From positions 1 to 64,000 of the forward strand of contig CAVQGX010000027.1 of assembly GCA_963712115.1 (NCBI GenBank): a stretch of DNA of 64,000 nt, written 5' to 3'. Source of the stretch: an uncultured delta proteobacterium. GTDB taxonomy: Bacteria > Desulfobacterota > Syntrophobacteria > BM002. The notes below the pieces were generated by a model. The model searched no databases, was not told where the DNA came from, and saw nothing but the letters and a program-made list of their open reading frames with translations. Shown here one piece after another: positions 38,731 through 50,310 of this stretch (position 1 is the first letter of the stretch; each line of letters starts with the position of its first letter). Both the position numbers and the translations under genes were made by a program.

Positions 38731-39667
38731 ATGACTCACCTGACCAAGCTAATTGTCGCGGGCATAGATGGTTCCGAGGATGCACTTAACGCACTGGATT
38801 ATCTGGGGTTGATCTACGGGGCCAAGCACAATCTTGAGGTGGAAGTTCTCTATGTTCTGCCCGCTTTGCCGCAGATACTTGTAGCTGACCGAGATCGGAC
38901 GACCAAAATGAGACTGCTGGATGTTGAGAGGAAAAGTATCCAGTTAGCCGGGCGCATTCTCGCAGAGGCAAGATCCGTTCTATTCAAACAAGGTTTCAAA
39001 GACGAAGAGATCAAGGCATCTCATCTGAAAAAGCATTTTGGTATAGCTCGAGATATCTGCAACTTTGCAGGAGAGAAGGGTGCGGATGCACTACTTGTTA
39101 CCACGAAAGGAAGAAGCCGGCTTGAGGCCTTTTTTTTAGGAGAAATCTCAAGCAAAATATTGGACTATTGCCTTACCTGCCCGGTGTGGGTAGTGGAGGG
39201 TGCTGTTCAGTCGAAAAAGGTGCTTGTGAGCATGGACAACTCTGAAAATGCGCTCAGAGCGGCAGAATATGCTGGTTTCATGCTTTCCGGAACCGACTGT
39301 CAAATAACCCTCTTTCACTCCAAGCGTCATTTGAGACGTTTCGTCCCGCAGGAGGTAATCGAGGCTGCTCCCGAGCTGGAAGAGCTCTGGATGGACAAAG
39401 CGGGAGAGCAGATAGGTCCGCAGATGAAAAAGGCAGAAGAAATGCTTCGTGAGGCCGGATTAAGTGAGAATCAGATAAGCACCAAGATAGTTGACGGCAG
39501 CCGGAGTGCGGCCAGCGACATCCTGCATGAGGCCCGCTCCAGCGGCTGCGGGACTATCGTCTTGGGGAGGAAGGGGCGTCTCCGGGGTAAGAGAGTTTTT
39601 CATGGGAAGCGTAACCAGTAAAATCCTCCAGAGTAGCGGTGGATTGGCAGTTTGGGTAGTGCACTAA
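38731..39667 (+). CDS. Tandem universal stress protein (apparent +1 G near 39575)
   Basis: Two USP domains (GIDGSE, SMDNSE); the corrected end reads GRKGVSGVREFFMGSVTSKIL...VWVVH*. Confidence 0.9.
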
Positions 39668-39695
39668 CTGACAGGGGCACGAGGGGTTTTACCAA

Positions 39696-40778
39696 GTGAA
39701 AGAACTTTTACAAAACTGGGAGGCCGTTACCATTCCCTTAGGCATCATCGCTGGGACCCTACTCCTAGCCGTTGCCGCGCACTATTTACTGTTCAAAATC
39801 TTAAACCGTTTGGCCAGAGGAACTGAGACCGCTGTAGACGATGCCCTGGTTAAACACTGCGCTGGACCAGCGCGGCTCATCATTCCGCTTTTAGCCGTAA
39901 GCTTTATTTCAACAATAGTGAGGTTTCCCCCAGGAATTCTGCCCTTCCTGAAGCAGACTCTGGCTTTGCTGTGGATCGTTGCGGTGGCATGGTTAGTGAT
40001 TAAACTTGCTTACGTTGTCGAAGATCTTATCCTCAGTCAGTATGCCATTGATGTCAGGGACAATCTGGCCGCCAGGAGAATTTACACCCAAATCCAAATT
40101 TTGAAAAAGGTTGTAGTTGTCGTTGTTCTGATCTTGGCCCTGGCGGCAGCCCTCATGACCTTTGAAAAGGTCCGCCAACTCGGCGCAACTCTTTTGGCTT
40201 CTGCTGGAATTGTCGGCATCATTGTGGGTATCGCCGCCCAAAAATCCATTGCTACCCTGTTTGCCGGAATTCAGCTGGCTATTACTCAACCAATGCGGAT
40301 AGATGACGTGGTGATCGTGGAAAATGAATGGGGCCGGATAGAAGAAATAACCCTGACCTATGTTGTAGTGAGGATATGGGATCTCAGGCGCTTGATCGTC
40401 CCCATAACCTATTTCCTTGAAAAACCTTTTCAGAATTGGACACGAATCTCAGCTGATATTTTGGGTACTGTGTTTCTCTACGTCGATTATACCGTACCAG
40501 TCGAGGCAGTGCGGACAGAGCTGAGACGCATTCTGGAAAACTCTCCACTGTGGGATAGGCAAGTCTGCGTACTGCAGGTAACCAATGCAACGGAGCGAAC
40601 CGTAGAGTTGCGGGCCCTTATGAGCGCTGCAGATGCCTCCAATGCCTGGCAGTTGCGCTGTGAGGTCAGGGAAAAACTTATAGAATTTATTCGGCAAAAT
40701 TATCCAGAGGGATTACCTAAAGTACGGGCTGAACTTCGTGAGCCGGCAAGAGACAAGCTTCAGTTGCAGGAAGAATAA
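39696..40778 (+). CDS. MscS family mechanosensitive channel
   Basis: LLASAG...GIAAQ, GRIEEITLTYVV, PFQNW, LRCEVRE. Confidence 0.93.
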   Translation: MKELLQNWEAVTIPLGIIAGTLLLAVAAHYLLFKILNRLARGTETAVDDALVKHCAGPARLIIPLLAVSFISTIVRFPPGILPFLKQTLALLWIVAVAWLVIKLAYVVEDLILSQYAIDVRDNLAARRIYTQIQILKKVVVVVVLILALAAALMTFEKVRQLGATLLASAGIVGIIVGIAAQKSIATLFAGIQLAITQPMRIDDVVIVENEWGRIEEITLTYVVVRIWDLRRLIVPITYFLEKPFQNWTRISADILGTVFLYVDYTVPVEAVRTELRRILENSPLWDRQVCVLQVTNATERTVELRALMSAADASNAWQLRCEVREKLIEFIRQNYPEGLPKVRAELREPARDKLQLQEE

Positions 40779-41063
40779 GGCAGCTCTCACCTTCGTTTTT
40801 CCACACCATTGATGCTCTCTTCTTTTTGATCTTAAGACAATCTGGGAGGAAATGTTTCTGAAATATTTTCGTTTTGGTGAAGTTGCTGAGGCTGCCTATT
40901 TGGGTTGTTTTTGTATCTGAGATTAAGTATATTCCCCCGGTCTCTTAGTTTAGGATAAGTTTGTTATTGCCAGGCAAAAAACAGGTTAGAATGGTTCTAC
41001 TTGATGTGGCGATAGAATGGGACAGGGGTTAACGCCCATTAATGTGAGTGCTTTGAAAAAAAC

Positions 41064-43644
41064 ATGGAAGAGCAAAAGCCCTCCAAAATAAACGTCATCC
41101 GACAATTTCTTCGACGCAATTGGTACTGGGTTACCTTAATTGCCTCTGCGCTTTTGGCGGCTGCAATACTCACATCTTTGCCATACGGTATAGACTATGC
41201 TCTTGAGCGCTGGCTGATTTCTCAAGGGCTCGACCGTGCCAGTATAGAAGACGTGGACTTCAACCCTTTTACCGGCACCCTGGTGTTGCGTAACTTGCAG
41301 GCAAAGATAGGCGAATCCCAAGTGCTTCGGGTCCCAGAAGCCAGGATGCGGATCTACTGGCTGCCGTTTTTCAGCAAAAGGGCCCACATAGAAAAGCTGA
41401 CCGTAAGGGATACCACCGTGGTGGTTGAACATGACGAAAAGGGACGCTGGCGCATTGGAGGTCTTGCTCTGGCGGCCGCAGAAGCAGTAGCAGCCAAACC
41501 GACCGAGGCGGCTTGGGGATTCACTTTGAACCAGCTCGAAATTCGCAACAGCCAGGTTGAGCACACGGGAGCCGGTCTGAAGGTGAAAGTGACGATAGAC
41601 AAGGCGTCCATGAGCAGACTGAGAAGTTGGGACAAGGAGCAGGCTGCGCGCATGGACTTTGAGGGAAAGATCAACGATGGCACAGTGAAAATGGAAGCAG
41701 ATTTCTTTCCCTTTGCCGCCCAGCCAAGCGTTAGCGGGAGTCTGGAGTTGGCAGGTGTCTCCTTGACTGATATTGCGGATCTGGCAGCACCTTCTCTAAT
41801 GGGATTGCAGGGTGAGCTCAGCATTAAAAGTCGACTGAGTGTTAAAAAGGAGGGTAATGGGAGCGTAAGTGTAGTGCAGCAGGGAACTATATCCCTCAGT
41901 CAGATGAAAGCTCCGGGGAAGGGTGTCGATACGGCGGGCCGAAACCTGGAGTGGGACGGCACCATTCGATTTGTCTCATCTGAGTTAACTGCTCAGGGAA
42001 AATTAACCGGTACCGACCTGGCCGTTCGCTTCCTGGAGGAGGGGTTGGACTTGCACGTGGGCGATTTTGTCTGGGCGGGGCAACTGGACTATGGCAAGGA
42101 GAATCAACCAGGCTTGCTGCAAGCGGCTGGTGATTTGGGGCTGCGCCAGGTAAATATGGATGACATGAGGCGAAAGTTGAGATTGGTCGGCATGGGGGAG
42201 CTTAACCTTAAAAACCTCTCCACCCAAGGTCCAAAGCAAGTCAAGGTGCCAGAGGTATACGTTGAAAAGCTGCATTTAATTCAGCGGTTGCAAGATAATC
42301 AACAAGCAGGCGACGAGCCTTCTCTGATCAGCGCTTCCAGGCGCAACGACTTCAGGATGTCGAGCTGGCAGAACTCGCGGGAGCTTTCAATCAAATCGGT
42401 GGAGCTATCAGGAATCAATTCCTTGCTTCTCCACGATTCACAGGGTAAATGGCAGCCGATTGCCGGGCTGTTTCTGCCAGTCAAAGAAAGTAAAAGGAGC
42501 GAAACAGGTAAAAGCCAAAAACCTGTTATGGTCAAAATCGCGACGGGCGCGCATTGCTGACCAAGGCTTGTTCCGTTTCGAAGACAGGGGAGTATCGCCA
42601 CCCTTTAAAACCAGTCTTACGATCAGTGAGGCGACCCTGACCGGACTGGACTCCGATAAGCCCGAGCAGCCCGCCATCGTGAGCCTGGTTGGCAAGATAG
42701 ACGAGTATACGGATGTGTCAATTCAGGGAAAGGTAACACCCTTTACCCAGCGTCTGGGCCTCGATCTTGCCGCCAAGATTGATGATTTCGACCTGCCAGG
42801 CCTTTCTCCCTATGTGGTTCGGCTGATCGGCTACAAAGTAACAAGTGGCCATCTGGACACAGATATCGAGCTTCAAAGCCTTCAAGGAGACCTCAAAGGA
42901 AAATGTAAATTCACCATTAGCAATGCGGAGGTCGCCCCGGCTGACGCCAAGATCATGGAACAATTCGAACGTCAGCTCAAGGTTCCCCTGCCTACTGCTC
43001 TGGCCGTGCTAAAGGATAGTAAAAACAAAATCAAGCTGGTTGTACCCATTACGGGTGACATTACTGACCCCAAGTTTAGTTTCACTGATGCTTTTAACCA
43101 GGCTTTAGTCAAGGGCATGACCAAGGCTGCGGTGAGCTACCTGAAATACATCTTCCAGCCCTACGGCACCATGATGACAGTTGTTGAGCTGGGCATCATG
43201 GCTGGTAAAAAGATTACCGCGTTGCGCTTGGATCCGGTATTTTTCGATCCCGGCTCAGATACGATTTCCGATAATGCTGTCCCTTACCTGGAGCGGGTAG
43301 CGGAGTTGCTGAAAACGCGACCTCAAATCCGCATCAAAGTCTGTGGCCTGGCCACTGAAGCAGACAAGGGTAACCAGAAGGAAACCTCAGGAAAAAAGGA
43401 ACCAGAGCAGCCGACCGCTGTGGAAAAAAGCCCAGACGCTCCCGAAGTCGAAACATATCCAGAGCAGCTGCAGCCCCTCACTGTTGACGAGCAACTGGGC
43501 AAGCTAGCGCAGCAACGCGCAGCCGGAATCAAGGAATATCTGGTGAAGAATCATGGGATCGAGGACGATCGTCTCCTGGTATGTCTTCCAGAGTACGACG
43601 CCAGAGAAAAAGCCACCCCCCGGGTTGAACTATTGGTCCCATGA
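41064..43644 (+). CDS. DUF748 domain protein with OmpA-like C-terminus (apparent frameshift near 42541)
   Basis: DVDFNPFTG; FEDRGVSPPF, LSPY, PITGDITDPKFS, LAQQRA, PRVEL, split across two overlapping ORFs. Confidence 0.85.
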
Positions 43645-43698
43645 TCAAAACCACCTCAGGTCTCTCAAGCTGCCAAGCTCAATGAAAAAACACTCTGA

Positions 43699-43951
43699 AA
43701 AACAATTTGCACTATGCCGGAAATCAGGCAATGCGGCAGTCTTCTAACCATTAACCATGCACCTGGGCCCCGATGATATTCTGGTAAACATCGATGTGGA
43801 GTTTGTCGACGGCCTCTCAACAGATGAGCTGGAAGCTGCAATTGACCGTATTGAACCTCGGGTGAAAGAAGCCGTCCCCACAGCAAACAAGATCTAAATC
43901 GAGGCCAAGGCCGTGAAGAAAGAGTTGGCTGGCGCCAAAAAGACCAGCTGA
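43699..43951 (+). pseudogene. 3' fragment of a cation diffusion facilitator (CDF) transporter
   Basis: LLT-MHLGPDDILVNIDVEFVDGLSTDELEAAIDRIE...KI*IEA; 7-bp duplication at 43745-43758 and internal TAA at 43895. Confidence 0.75.
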
Positions 43952-44025
43952 GAGCACAACCTGCCCGAAGAATTTCGTTCTAAGACTTTACCCGCAGGAC
44001 AAAGGATAAGAGGAGGTTAGTCCTC

Positions 44026-44772
44026 ATGGTGGAATTGCTTACTTTTGAGAACATTGTAGCCCTGCTCACACTCACAATGCTCGAGATCGTGCTGGGAATA
44101 GACAATATTGTCTTTCTCGTGATTCTTACCGGAAAGCTGGACCCCACCAAGCAGGTGAGAGCCCGCCGCATAGGACTCTTTGCCGCCATGGTAATGCGAA
44201 TTCTCCTGCTTCTGACCATCACCTGGATTATGCGCCTTACCCGACCACTCTTTGACCTTTTTGGACACGGTTTTTCCGGGCGTGACTTAATCCTTCTTGC
44301 CGGGGGTCTCTTTCTCATTGGTAAGTCCACCTATGAGATACATCACAACTTGGAGGACAAAGGCAAATCGCACTCCCCCCATCGCAGCGCTGCCTCCTTT
44401 TCCGGAGTGATTTTCCAGGTAATGCTCATGGATATCGTTTTCTCCCTGGATTCGGTTATCACGGCTGTGGGCATGGCAAGGCACGTGGTCATTATGATCG
44501 TGGCGGTTGTTGCCGCGGTGGTGACCATGTTTGTTTTCGTGGAAACCGTCACCAACTTCATTGAGCACCACCCGACTTTCAAGATGTTGGCCCTTTCTTT
44601 TTTGTTACTCGTGGGGGTGGTGCTGGTTGCCGATGGTCTCGGTAAAGACATTTCCAAAGGCTACATCTACTTCGCCATGTCTTTTTCTCTATTGGTTGAA
44701 ATCCTCAATATTCGAGTGCGAGGGCGTGGAAGACCAGCCGGATCCGGGCAATTGTCGAAGTCGGTTTCGTAG
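44026..44772 (+). CDS. TerC family membrane protein
   Basis: LEIVLGIDN, GGLFLIGKST.EIH, DIVFSLDSVITAVG, KGYIYFAM. Confidence 0.95.
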   Translation: MVELLTFENIVALLTLTMLEIVLGIDNIVFLVILTGKLDPTKQVRARRIGLFAAMVMRILLLLTITWIMRLTRPLFDLFGHGFSGRDLILLAGGLFLIGKSTYEIHHNLEDKGKSHSPHRSAASFSGVIFQVMLMDIVFSLDSVITAVGMARHVVIMIVAVVAAVVTMFVFVETVTNFIEHHPTFKMLALSFLLLVGVVLVADGLGKDISKGYIYFAMSFSLLVEILNIRVRGRGRPAGSGQLSKSVS

Positions 44773-44807
44773 AACCAGTGAAACATCCGGGCTAGAGGTT
44801 TATCTCA

Positions 44808-44913
44808 ACCAATAACCATCACTGCCAACGAAAAATGGCTGGAATTTCCTCTTAGATATGTGTTTGACTGTAAAGAAGGGCGTGCTATTAAAAATAGGAT
44901 CTCCAGCTGCTGA
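44808..44913 (+). pseudogene. Degenerate internal fragment resembling an MscS-family C-terminal region
   Basis: ITANEKWLEFPLRYVFDCKEGRAIKNR resembles the ANDNWxEFTLRYVVD..RR..K motif (recalled, not searched). Confidence 0.45.
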
Positions 44914-44956
44914 TCCAAACCCCAGCCATTGATGTAAGGCTGGCAAGAGAGGCCTA

Positions 44957-45824
44957 ATGCGTCCCTTACTTCCGCAAAGTCACTTAGTCTTACGTATCAT
45001 TGTGATCCTTGCCATCGCCGGAGGAGCACATCTACTGGTGCGGCTCGTCCGGCGCTTGGGTCAACGGGGTAATGGCTTCTCGGGTGAGCACCACTTTTTC
45101 TAAGGCCAGAACCGTTACCAGCCTTTCCGTGAGCATCGCCGTATTTGCTATGTATTTTGTCGCCGTGGGCATGGTGCTCAGGGAATTCGGCATATCACTC
45201 ACCGCCTACCTTGCCAGTGCATCTATTATTGGTCTTGCCGTAGGTTTCGGTTCCCAGGGACTGGTCCAGGATGTGGTGACCGGACTCACGGTCATTTTCT
45301 CCGATCTCTGCGACGTGGGTGATATGGTGGAGATTGCGGGTCAAACGGGCATTGTGCAGAAGGTAGGAATCCGCTTCACCGTGCTGACCAATTTCATGGG
45401 AGCGGAGGTGTTTATCCCCAACAGAACCATTACAAACGTGGTCAGGTACGAGCGTGGTTATGTCCGCGCCATAGCGGATATCAATCTTCTTGGTGACAGC
45501 GTCAAAGCAAAACAGATCGAGGATCGAGTCCGCGCCATTGTCGAGGCCACCTATGAGCAGTTTCCGGGCATTCTCATGACTCCTCCAACAATTGAGGGCA
45601 GGGTCAAGACCAGCTCTGGCAAGGAATTCCTCCGGGTGAAATTTCGCATCTGGCCCGGGCAGGGTGGCCCCCTGGAGACAGGTTTCAAACTGGAGGTGGT
45701 GGAATCACTCAAAGAAATTGATTCCTCCTATTCAGACTGGATGGTGGTCCTGACTTACGAGGTTGAGAAAAAGCCGGTGTCTCTTCCGGGGACTTCGAAA
45801 CATTCGATAAAGCTCAAACAATGA
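44957..45824 (+). CDS. MscS family mechanosensitive channel (apparent +1 G near 45067)
   Basis: GLAVGFGSQGLVQDVVTG, VGDMVEI, IPNR; the N-terminal TM helix is in the adjacent frame from ATG 44957. Confidence 0.88.
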
Positions 45825-45847
45825 ACCACACAACGGGGAGGCTTCTT

Positions 45848-46192
45848 ATGAAACCTTTTGTTCTGATGAGTCTGATTGCCTGTGGTTGTCTAATCTTGGG
45901 AACAATGCTGTGGGCGGCTGATACGGGAGGTGAGGCGTCATTCCAGTCTTTGAGGTGTCATACCTGTCACAAACCGGACAGAAGATCCGCTGGCCCGTCG
46001 CTCCCCGAGATTGCCAAGGCCTATAATGGACAGCAGCAGCGGCTTGTTCAGTATCTTAAAGGCGAAACGGGGCCCCTGATGGATCTGGGCAAGCGGCAGG
46101 TGATGGAGCGCAAACTCGAAAAAACCAAGGAGATATCCGATGGGGAGCGGAAAGATCTGGCGGACTACATTCTGAGCTTTGGGGGGAAGTAG
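45848..46192 (+). CDS. Monoheme class I cytochrome c
   Basis: Signal peptide, CHTCH, GPSL.EIA..Y. Confidence 0.9.
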   Translation: MKPFVLMSLIACGCLILGTMLWAADTGGEASFQSLRCHTCHKPDRRSAGPSLPEIAKAYNGQQQRLVQYLKGETGPLMDLGKRQVMERKLEKTKEISDGERKDLADYILSFGGK

Positions 46193-46279
46193 CCTGGTTG
46201 CAACTACTCAAAGCTGAGCCAGCCAGCCATTGTGATAAGGATAAGAGTTGAGGCAGGAAAAGAATGGGAGGAGAACTTT

Positions 46280-46717
46280 ATGGAACTTCCAGAATATGTG
46301 ACGGTTGATGAGGTGAAAAGGGTGTGCGAGAAATTGAACCTCAGAGATTGGACTGCTTTAGAGAAAGCCGAAATATTATCGGAAGAGGCAAAGATAATTC
46401 TGACTCTAGTAAATACCCAAGGAATGAACATTGACATAGAGGACTTTCGCCAGGGTCTCGAAGTGGAACTCGAGCATGGGATGAGATTTAAGGATGCAAA
46501 TGTGACCAATAATCATCCCATCTTGACAGGAAAAATCGTTCTTGCACACCTGAAGGAATTTTTGGATTATTACAAACGGCTTGAAGTAGCTGAGATAGAA
46601 GGTGATTTACTCAAGGCGATAATTGCCAAGGATTCGGCAAAAGTTGAAGCTCTGTACAGGAAGCTGATAGTGGCCAAGAGAGAACTCAGTCAAACAGAAT
46701 CAGAACAGCTACCATAA
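46280..46717 (+). CDS. DUF5661-like protein
   Basis: FRQGLEVELEHG...NVTNNHPILTGKIVLAHLKEFLDYY. Confidence 0.75.
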   Translation: MELPEYVTVDEVKRVCEKLNLRDWTALEKAEILSEEAKIILTLVNTQGMNIDIEDFRQGLEVELEHGMRFKDANVTNNHPILTGKIVLAHLKEFLDYYKRLEVAEIEGDLLKAIIAKDSAKVEALYRKLIVAKRELSQTESEQLP

Positions 46718-47087
46718 CCGATTAAGCAAGCATCAAGAAATTTCTATGCATCACTGCCCTGGGCTACAGCCAGAAAGTCCGGGGAAGATGGGTCGGGATA
46801 GTAGCCCTCAGTGGAACGTGACTGAGGCCTTGGCAGCCAGGTTTTGCGGGCCAGCGATGGACTGGAGGCCCGACGAAGGAGAGCGTCAAGTGGCGCAGAA
46901 AGAGTTGCACAGAAGTGGTCAACAGATAGAGCGGAACGTTGCGGGGTTGATCGAACTCGGTAGGACGGACACGGTGTATGGAGATTTGTATTTTCGCCGG
47001 GCTTACAGCCTCTGGCGGGTGTCACGGCAAAAGAACTTCCCCAATTGCGGGATCGGGTTGTCAAGGAGCTTACCACTCTCGAGGACG

Positions 47088-47282
47088 GAGATCCAGTTCT
47101 TCCTCATTGGTGAGATCTCAACTCAGAGTCATATTGTGTTCCAGAGGCAATATCACCGGGAGATTCCTCTTGAGGGGAGTTCCTCCATGGCACTGGCTCA
47201 GGGGTGGAGTGAAGCGCTGCGGCAAATCCTCTCAGAGCTCGAGAAAGATATGTCCGGGATGGATCTCAAGACGGGCACTTAG
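47088..47282 (+). pseudogene. 3' fragment resembling a PqiC-type ABC auxiliary lipoprotein
   Basis: EIQFFL...IVFQRQYHREIPL...ALAQGWSEALRQILSELEKD, with no matching N-terminus. Confidence 0.5.
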
Positions 47283-47356
47283 GTAAGGCGAGTGTTCTGA
47301 AACAGAGTGTCGTCAGCCCCCTCGAACAAGCCTATAAGGAAGAGGAGTAAAACTCA

Positions 47357-47692
47357 TTGATGCCGGAACAGGAAATCGTACCCGAAAGCGTCATTATTGG
47401 GGAGGCTCAGCTCATTCTGGCGGAAAAAAGGACGACGCTGGCGGTAATGCGTACCGGCATTGCCGTCTTCGCCCTGCCACTGTCGGTACTGAGCATCTTG
47501 ATCGCCACCTCAAAATACTACGACGTCTTGGACGTCATGCTCCTCCTCCTGCCCCTCTTGCTAGTGTGTGGAGCTCTGATAATTCTGGGTTCGTACCTGA
47601 TCGTTCGGTCCATCGTCCGCCTTCGGCACCAGGACGAACTTATCCTAGAGCTCAAGCGAAAACACAGCGAGATCGCCGAGTTTATGGATTGA
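47357..47692 (+). CDS. DUF202-like small membrane protein
   Basis: LAEKRTTLAVMRTGIA plus two TM segments; RBS GAGGAG. Confidence 0.75.
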   Translation: MMPEQEIVPESVIIGEAQLILAEKRTTLAVMRTGIAVFALPLSVLSILIATSKYYDVLDVMLLLLPLLLVCGALIILGSYLIVRSIVRLRHQDELILELKRKHSEIAEFMD

Positions 47693-47719
47693 AACGGAGC
47701 AAAAAAGGAGGCGAGTTCC

Positions 47720-48106
47720 ATGAGCTACTATTTTAGCAAACGGGTGGACAGTTCATTCGACGAGGCCGTAACGCGAGTCATTGACGAACTGAAGAAAGAA
47801 GGGTTTGGAGTTCTTACCGAAATAGATGTCAAAGAAGCATTGAAAAAGAAACTCAATGTGGACTTCAGGAGGTACAGAATTCTCGGGGCCTGCAACCCTC
47901 CCTTCGCCTATCGAGCATTGCAAGTAGAAGATAAGATCGGCACGATGCTGCCCTGTAATGTAATCGTGCAAGAGGACGCGGAAGGCAAAATCGAGGTGGC
48001 TGCTATAGACCCGATTGCATCCATGCGAGCCGTTGAGAACCCCGAGCTCAGAGAAGTAGCTGAGCAGGTGCAGGCCAAACTGAAAAGGGTCATTGGCAAC
48101 CTGTGA
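47720..48106 (+). CDS. DUF302 domain protein
   Basis: EGFGVLTEIDV, ILGACNP, GTMLPCNV. Confidence 0.93.
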   Translation: MSYYFSKRVDSSFDEAVTRVIDELKKEGFGVLTEIDVKEALKKKLNVDFRRYRILGACNPPFAYRALQVEDKIGTMLPCNVIVQEDAEGKIEVAAIDPIASMRAVENPELREVAEQVQAKLKRVIGNL

Positions 48107-48132
48107 TACCAGAGCTCTTGAAAGAGGGGGCT

Positions 48133-48951
48133 ATGATGAAATCTCTTAATAAACAAGTAGTTTTCATGGCAGTCATAGTTTGCCTGTTATGGGCGTGCAG
48201 CACGGTGCCAATTACAGGACGAAAACAACTCGATCTGGTTCCCAACTCCACCATGCTCTCTACGAGCTTTCAAGAGTACGACAAGTTTCTTGGGGAGCAT
48301 AAGTTGAGTACCAATCAAGAGCAGACCCAGATGGTGAAAAGGGTTGGAACTAGTATTCAAAAAGCAGTGGAGCAATATTTCCAGCAGAAAAACTTGTCAA
48401 ACCAACTGAATGGTTATGCCTGGGAATTCAATCTTGTGGAGAGCGAGGAAGTAAATGCCTGGTGTATGCCCGGGGGAAAGGTTGTGGTGTACACGGGAAT
48501 TCTGCCGATCACCAGGGATGAAGCCGGCTTGGCCACAGTCATGGGACACGAAATAGCCCACGCAGTGGCGAGACACGGCAACGAGAGAATGAGTCAGGGT
48601 CTGCTGACTCAGATGGGGGGTATGGCGCTGGCGGTGGCTCTCGAACAAAATCCGTCCCAAACCAGCCAACTGTGGATGGCTGTTTATGGCATGGGGTCGC
48701 AGGTGGGAATATTGCTGCCTTACAGCCGCTTGCACGAATCGGAAGCGGATCACCTAGGCCTGATATTTATGGCCATGGCCGGCTACGATCCTAATAAAGC
48801 CGTGGACTTCTGGCAAAGGATGTCACAAATGAAAGGTGGTCAGGCGCCACCGGAATTCCTGAGCACCCACCCATCAGACGAAACCAGGATCAGAAAAATC
48901 AAAGAGTTCCTCCCGGAAGCCATGCAATATTATAAGATACCACGCTCTTAG
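48133..48951 (+). CDS. M48 family zinc metallopeptidase lipoprotein
   Basis: LWAC lipobox, NAWCMPGG, HEIAH, ESEAD, LSTHP. Confidence 0.95.
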   Translation: MMKSLNKQVVFMAVIVCLLWACSTVPITGRKQLDLVPNSTMLSTSFQEYDKFLGEHKLSTNQEQTQMVKRVGTSIQKAVEQYFQQKNLSNQLNGYAWEFNLVESEEVNAWCMPGGKVVVYTGILPITRDEAGLATVMGHEIAHAVARHGNERMSQGLLTQMGGMALAVALEQNPSQTSQLWMAVYGMGSQVGILLPYSRLHESEADHLGLIFMAMAGYDPNKAVDFWQRMSQMKGGQAPPEFLSTHPSDETRIRKIKEFLPEAMQYYKIPRS

Positions 48952-48963
48952 AGTCGGCACCAC

Positions 48964-49099
48964 ATAGGCTGTCCGGCAACCACCCAAAAGCCAGAGACTG
49001 TCATTCTGAGCAAAGCGAAGAATCTCATTAGTTCAAGCACTTACATCTTGGAGATTCTTCGGCTGACGCCTCAGAATGACATTGTTGGACAGACTCCAT
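48964..49099. repeat. TGTCATTCTGAG...CTCAGAATGACA palindromic element inside a second inverted repeat
   Basis: Inner arms at 48999-49026 and 49051-49081; outer arms ggctgtccggcaa / ttgttggacagac; lies between convergent genes. Confidence 0.8.
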
Positions 49100-49143
49100 A
49101 GGGAAATTTAAACGGGAAACGGGTGCTGGCATAGTCGGTAGGG

Positions 49144-50310
49144 TCATGCTTGTCGCAGGGACTCCACGATGTTGAGCTTCGACGCCCTGAAAGCGGGCAA
49201 GATCCCGCCGGCGAGCCCCATGAACAGCGAAAAGGTCAGGGCCTTGTATACAATCTCAAAGGAGAGAGAGAAGCCGAAGGCGAGTTCGGAAAAAGTCTGA
49301 AAATTGGTGGTGGAAACGGTGAACAATTGGAGAAATGATGCGAAAAAAAGCCCTGCAACCCCGCCGATAAAGCCGAGAAAGAGCGATTCCAGGAGAAAGG
49401 CGACCAGTATGGTACCCCGCCTGAACCCCAGAGCGCGGAGGGTAGCAATCTCCCCTATGCGGTTTGCCACCGCAGCATACATGGTGATCATGGCGCCGAT
49501 GACGGCGCCGATAGAAAAGATAGAGGTCAAGGAGAGACCAAGAATGCGGAGGAATTTGGCCAGCGCTTTTGACTGATCCTTGTAGTAGGTGGTCTCCCGC
49601 TTAGCCTCCAGAGTGAGACGCGGATCGCCCTGGATGCGGTCTTTTACCTTTTGGAATTCGAGGTTATTCCGCAGCCTGAAAATGACTGAGGAGTAGACAG
49701 GCCTTCCGAAGGCCTGCATGAATTGATCCACGTCTCCCCATATCTCAGAACTGAAACCGGTGTTGCCCGCATCAAAGATGCCCACCACAGTCCAGGTCCG
49801 CATGGCGAATGAGAGCACTTTGCCGAGGCCCACATTCTCGAAACGCTTGGCTACGCTCAGCCCGGCCATAATTTCGGACGAACCCGGTCTTGGCAACCGC
49901 CCGACTGCAAGTTTAACCTGAGGTCGCAGTTTCAGAGAAGTCTCTGAAATTCCCCTGATAATCACATTGGTGGGGCTGCCGGAGTCTCGCTTGCGCAAAT
50001 TTATGAGGACCACCAACTCTTTTGCCACAAGCCTCCGGCCGTCCGACCCCAGGGCCACTTCAGGCTGGGTCTCCACAATGGCCGCTTGCTCTCGGTCGAT
50101 TCCACTCTGCATCTCGGAACCGGCTGAACGGCGGAGAACCACGACGTTTGACCAGGATCCGGTCTCCACTAGAGTCTTCTGCAGACCTTCCGCCAGCATG
50201 ACAATTGAGGCGAATACGAAGACCACCAGGGCCATGCCGGAGGCAGTTAGAAAAGTGGTGAGCCGCCGGGTAAGAAGATTGCGAAAACTGTAGAAGAGAA
50301 GCAGTTTCAC
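49144..50310 (-). CDS. ABC transporter permease (MacB/FtsX type)
   Basis: RNLLTR...R.GEIATLRALGF; TM-periplasmic-3TM layout. Confidence 0.93.
   Translation of the reverse strand: MKLLLFYSFRNLLTRRLTTFLTASGMALVVFVFASIVMLAEGLQKTLVETGSWSNVVVLRRSAGSEMQSGIDREQAAIVETQPEVALGSDGRRLVAKELVVLINLRKRDSGSPTNVIIRGISETSLKLRPQVKLAVGRLPRPGSSEIMAGLSVAKRFENVGLGKVLSFAMRTWTVVGIFDAGNTGFSSEIWGDVDQFMQAFGRPVYSSVIFRLRNNLEFQKVKDRIQGDPRLTLEAKRETTYYKDQSKALAKFLRILGLSLTSIFSIGAVIGAMITMYAAVANRIGEIATLRALGFRRGTILVAFLLESLFLGFIGGVAGLFFASFLQLFTVSTTNFQTFSELAFGFSLSFEIVYKALTFSLFMGLAGGILPAFRASKLNIVESLRQA

Noticed and set aside
46746-47282. 178-aa ORF as an intact gene
   Set aside because: Only the last ~64 residues look like a known protein tail. 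The upstream part has protein-like patches in a different frame, suggesting fused remnants.
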